Shown here one piece after another: positions 27,418 through 31,261 of a stretch of DNA of 31,261 nucleotides (positions are counted from its first letter, which is position 1; the number at the start of each line of letters is the position of its first letter). The translations under genes and the position numbers were made by a program. The stretch is taken from assembly GCA_943349385.1 (NCBI GenBank), contig CALQZM010000001.1:1-31261 (forward strand), in the 5' to 3' direction. The notes beneath the pieces are model-generated. The model had not been told where the DNA came from. It worked only from the letters and a program-made list of their open reading frames with translations, and made no database searches. Source of the stretch: Candidatus Peribacteria bacterium. Its GTDB lineage: Bacteria; Patescibacteriota; Gracilibacteria; UBA1369; GCA-2718715.

Positions 27418-28052
27418 TGGGGAGTGCTTACATTATGAAATACACCTGGATATGGTTTGAAATTTTGCTCCATTTGTTTTAGATTATCTACAAACTCTTT
27501 TAAACTTTCTTTGGTTTGTTGATTTTGAATATGGACTGGATAAGCAAAAAGTAATTGTCGATAAAACTCTAAAGCCTGCAAGTTGATACTACGCATATAA
27601 TTTAATTGCTCATCAATAAATTCTCGTCTTACATCATTTAAAGAAGTAAAACTACTAAAGCTATTAGATTTTGTATTGTTCTCGGCATATGAATTTTGAA
27701 TCTGAATTAACCTAGGTTCCGTAGCTGCGTACAAATTTTCGAGTTCAATTTGCAAACAAACAGAAGAAATACTTTGTCTACAAGCTGAAAAATCACGACT
27801 TGCTAAGTTTTCTGGAGGCAACAATTGAGTTTTAATTTCTTGTAAATAGTTAGGATCATCTAAATCTAATTCATTAAAAAAATTAAGTACTTTATTAAAA
27901 TATCCGTTAGTAATATTATTGGCATTGGCGTAATAGTTTGCGACTAAATTAACTTCACCCCCAGATGAATTGGTATGATTACTACCTAAGGCAATACCTG
28001 CACCAAAAATCATGCTTGCAATAACCGATGCTGATAATATTAATTTATACAT
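27408..28052 (-). CDS. Hypothetical secreted helical protein (~214 aa), ends TPQCI
   Basis: Start placed at ATG 28052 (MYKLILSASVIASMIFGAGIALG, signal-like); the ORF track uses 28067. Confidence 0.78.
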   Translation of the reverse strand: MYKLILSASVIASMIFGAGIALGSNHTNSSGGEVNLVANYYANANNITNGYFNKVLNFFNELDLDDPNYLQEIKTQLLPPENLASRDFSACRQSISSVCLQIELENLYAATEPRLIQIQNSYAENNTKSNSFSSFTSLNDVRREFIDEQLNYMRSINLQALEFYRQLLFAYPVHIQNQQTKESLKEFVDNLKQMEQNFKPYPGVFHNVSTPQCI

Positions 28053-28612
28053 TGAGTAGCGAAACATGTTAATAAGTCATTAAATTTGGCAACATTGTCT
28101 TTAGTGGATCGTAAGTCTTCGTCAATTTTCTCTAGTTCGGCATTTACTGCATCGTATTTTTCATTTAGGATTACTCCCCTTTTTTGCGCTAAATAAGTTT
28201 TATAGGCTTCAACAAAAACTACTCTAAGTGATCCAAGTCTTTCTTGAACATATAGTCGGCACGCTGCGTTTTCCTCGGCGGTTTGAATCCTATTTCTAAC
28301 TGCTTGATTTAAGATCAAATCAATATCTTCAAAAGCTCTGCGATACTGCTTAAATAAGTAATTTAGGCTTTCGGAATTCAAGTTTGCCGATTGTAAAGTA
28401 GTGTCTATTGAAATGTAAAAATTTGTTTGTTTTTGGTTGACCGCAGTTACGACTTCATCGTAGCAAGTAGCTGTTTCTACTGACTGGGTTGGTGTAGTGA
28501 CTAGATCGCCTGATGCAGGAGTTTCGCCAACTAAACTCTGGGCGAAAACAGCCGTTGATATTCCGAAAATCAAAAGGGTAATAGCTGATATTTGAAAAAA
28601 GTTTTTAGGCAT
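28040..28612 (-). CDS. Hypothetical secreted helical protein (190 aa), ends ATQCIN
   Basis: Signal peptide MPKNFFQISAITLLIFGISTAVFA|Q; heptad-patterned C-terminal segment. Confidence 0.8.
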   Translation of the reverse strand: MPKNFFQISAITLLIFGISTAVFAQSLVGETPASGDLVTTPTQSVETATCYDEVVTAVNQKQTNFYISIDTTLQSANLNSESLNYLFKQYRRAFEDIDLILNQAVRNRIQTAEENAACRLYVQERLGSLRVVFVEAYKTYLAQKRGVILNEKYDAVNAELEKIDEDLRSTKDNVAKFNDLLTCFATQCIN

Positions 28613-28619
28613 ATTGAGT

Positions 28620-31261
28620 TTAAATATTTATAAGAATGCTTTTGGCGATAATTTTCTTGGTAATTGGATCTCGTAAAACAGCATAGATTATATCACCTTT
28701 TCGATAAGTTGCAGTAAACTCGAATCTAAAATTACATGGACAGGTTAAGCATGCAGACTGCTCAATATATAATCCCGCTAAATTAGGGACCTTTTTTCGA
28801 GCATCTGGATCAAATTGAGTCACCGTCCCATTTGCACTATTTCCGGTTGTGAGACCATTTAATATATCTCCATTAGGATCTTTACAATTTTTAATATTTA
28901 AAACTCTATAAGCTATGATTGCGAACTCCTCACGGTCTATTTGTTTAGTTGGATTACTTGCTTCAGCTTTAGTTAAAATATAGTTTTGTTTTGGAGCAAT
29001 TCCAGAATTAATATACGGAGTTAAATTTTGAGCGGTCTCAATATATGGAGCGTACCATACTTGATTTTTTTCGATCTTAATATCTTTGAGTGAAATAACT
29101 TTTGTTAACTGCAAGGCTTCTAAGATTACTTTTGTTGCTTCAGCTAAAGTGATTGACTTAGTAGGTTTAAAGGGTGGCAACTTAGATACTTTGTCTAACT
29201 CACCTTGGTATCCAGTAAATAATTTTTGTAGTTTAGTTTCTTTAGTAATTGCATAGTACCAGTCTAGATTTTGACTAAATAAAATATCGCTAAATACGTT
29301 CGGCCTTAAATAACTTTCAGGACGAGGTTCTATACATAAAATCTCAAGCATAATTTTGGCATATTCAGCTCGATTAATTAATCTGGATGGTTCAAAGTAA
29401 CGTTGTCCATCTCTTAATATTCCCTCGACTACACCCAATTTTTGTAGATAATTAATCTCATCAAAACTTGAGTCCGAAACACTAAGGTCTCTAAATCCAC
29501 TTGTTATTGTAGTTGCGGGAACGGTTCTAGTTGTAACAGTTGGGGCTTGCCACTGAACTTCATTAGCTCCAAATGGAATTATAAAACTGATTGCTTTTTT
29601 ACTATTAGAATAAAGCTCAAACCACTGATACTGACGTAAATCAGTTAAGGGTTGTAATTTTATTTGGAGACTTGGATCAGTAATTTTGATTCCACCATTG
29701 GTATCAATAATGGCTAGTTCATTTGAGTTTTGTAGGATTTTTAGTCCACCTGGATAAGCTAGATCGCCGCCTGGAATTTGAGTTAAAGTAATATTATCGG
29801 TTGGAATTTCATCGAATACTAGGACTTGGTTTAAATCTTTGATGGCAGCATTCGCTGGTTTTGCTGTAGCTATTTTAACATCTTGATTAGCGTCAGCTTG
29901 CTTGGTAATAACTGTAATTTGTTCATTACCTTTTAATAGTTTTAGTTGAGTAGGCTGGCCTGGTGCATTGGTAGTTAAAATTTCAATAGCAGCTTGGGTC
30001 GATAAAGTTTTAATACTTCCAGTTTCATAATTCATTTCAGCTAGCGGATTATTGTCTTTATCTTTAACTACTAAGTTTGGCGAATTATTATATTCTGAGT
30101 ACTCAAACTCTTGATTTTCCGTATCGAGTTCTGCAATGATTTCTGGTTGTCCATCTCGTTCTCGAATTATTTCTACCGATAAGTCATTTCGAGTTGTACC
30201 TATGTTTCCAAATAAACTGTCCCCATCAAATTCTAAATCTAAAGTTGGTGAAACTATTTTTATTTTCATTTCAAAGGTTGAGGCATTTAAGGCTTCATCA
30301 ATTGCATTTGCAGCGATACGATAATTACCTGGCGTTACGAATCCGAGTAACTGATATTTAAAGGCAACTCCGCCTGTACCTACTAAGTCTCTATCATTTT
30401 TTGAGTTTCCATCAGCGTCTTTATCAAGTGATAAATTTGTATCTAAATAAAAATCTTCGATATTAGTGCCAGAATCCTTAATTTCGGTAAAATCTAGATT
30501 AACTGGATTATATAAGACTTCGGTAATTTCTGAGCTAAAATCTGGTCCAAAATTTGGAGCTTGTTTATCTTTGCAAATATTTGGGGTAATCGGTAATGAA
30601 TTTTGTAATACGCTAATTACACCATCTGTAATAGTGCTGATTGTGGCTCGGTAATTTTGGTTTGGTAGTTCGATTGCCAGGTTTTGACTGAATGAATTTC
30701 TTACAAATAATTTACCGAATCCATCATTGTTCACTCTTTCTGATTGGTTGAATAGATTTACTTCTTCGAATCCTGCTGCAACAGAATCTGTTCCTAATCC
30801 GTTAACTATGTATCGATTAAATTTATTAGTTTGGTTTAAACTCGCATGATAAATATCGATTATTGTTACTTTATTTTTTAATTGTTTTGGTAAAATAAAT
30901 ACTGCTTTCTTGTTATCTGTACTTACAATTAGAGGTGAAGTAGCAACAGTATTTACATCTACAACATTCGCAAAATCCTCAAAATTATAAATTGAAATTC
31001 GGTTAGTTAAAGGATTAATTAAGTCAGCAGTTTCAGTTTGATTTTGCTTGAAATAAACCTCAGTTCCTCGTGAATATATTACGTCTTGATCATCATCATT
31101 ATCGAAATCTAATAGATTGACAGTCGTTGGCAAATAATTTTCGGCAGAGTAATTTACAATTTTTTCAGCTCGCTGGCTTTCAGCAGTAATATAATAAATT
31201 CCTGATTCTGGACTAAAGGTAGCCTGATTTGCAGTTTCTTGTAATTCGATATTTAAATCTA
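28620..31261 (-). CDS. Large S-layer-homology (SLH) domain surface protein, 5' end beyond the window
   Basis: Frame stays open from 31133 to the window edge. DxDxD-type loops (DFDNDDDQD, DKDADGN); SLH-like repeats (FRDL..EINYLQKLGVVEG..FEPSRLINRAEYAKIML; FSDI..WYY..FKPTKSITLAEATKVIL; WYAPYI..NPTKQIDREEFAIIAYRVL); C-terminal CLTCPC. Confidence 0.85.
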   Translation of the reverse strand, partial: DLNIELQETANQATFSPESGIYYITAESQRAEKIVNYSAENYLPTTVNLLDFDNDDDQDVIYSRGTEVYFKQNQTETADLINPLTNRISIYNFEDFANVVDVNTVATSPLIVSTDNKKAVFILPKQLKNKVTIIDIYHASLNQTNKFNRYIVNGLGTDSVAAGFEEVNLFNQSERVNNDGFGKLFVRNSFSQNLAIELPNQNYRATISTITDGVISVLQNSLPITPNICKDKQAPNFGPDFSSEITEVLYNPVNLDFTEIKDSGTNIEDFYLDTNLSLDKDADGNSKNDRDLVGTGGVAFKYQLLGFVTPGNYRIAANAIDEALNASTFEMKIKIVSPTLDLEFDGDSLFGNIGTTRNDLSVEIIRERDGQPEIIAELDTENQEFEYSEYNNSPNLVVKDKDNNPLAEMNYETGSIKTLSTQAAIEILTTNAPGQPTQLKLLKGNEQITVITKQADANQDVKIATAKPANAAIKDLNQVLVFDEIPTDNITLTQIPGGDLAYPGGLKILQNSNELAIIDTNGGIKITDPSLQIKLQPLTDLRQYQWFELYSNSKKAISFIIPFGANEVQWQAPTVTTRTVPATTITSGFRDLSVSDSSFDEINYLQKLGVVEGILRDGQRYFEPSRLINRAEYAKIMLEILCIEPRPESYLRPNVFSDILFSQNLDWYYAITKETKLQKLFTGYQGELDKVSKLPPFKPTKSITLAEATKVILEALQLTKVISLKDIKIEKNQVWYAPYIETAQNLTPYINSGIAPKQNYILTKAEASNPTKQIDREEFAIIAYRVLNIKNCKDPNGDILNGLTTGNSANGTVTQFDPDARKKVPNLAGLYIEQSACLTCPCNFRFEFTATYRKGDIIYAVLRDPITKKIIAKSILINI

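Noticed and set aside
24660-28612. QC proteins as a tripartite pore-forming toxin (Hbl/Nhe-like) or T4SS VirB5/TrbJ set
   Set aside because: No hydrophobic pore-forming segment beyond the signal peptides and no VirB4/VirD4 or other T4SS genes in the window; cannot be fully excluded without a structure search.
1703-30654. Short antisense or nested ORFs in the track (e.g. 1703-1888, 2083-2334, 2876-3136, 11613-11825, 20679-20990, 23366-23716, 30136-30654)
   Set aside because: They lie opposite or inside well-supported genes and have no recognisable motifs; treated as shadow ORFs.

Overview
AT-rich bacterial chromosomal window read with genetic code 11. Gene style and content suggest a Patescibacteria/CPR organism, possibly Peregrinibacteria-like (inference, not a database result). 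About 24 kb is mostly housekeeping genes with interspersed hypotheticals: hisS, eno, tRNA-Arg(CCT), corA, rpsO-pnp, two archaeal-type PurP-family ligases, uppP, purH, yidD, a LysM/M23 peptidase, an O-antigen-ligase-like gene, murG, ftsW, lspA and an SPFH protein. The last ~6.6 kb is a tightly coupled minus-strand operon. It encodes a large S-layer-homology (SLH) surface protein, truncated by the window edge, followed by four signal-peptide-bearing, predicted-helical proteins that all end in a heptad-like segment and a Gln-Cys 1-3 residues before the stop. This is the best candidate for an undescribed cell-surface assembly system. No CRISPR array, integrase or transposase was seen.
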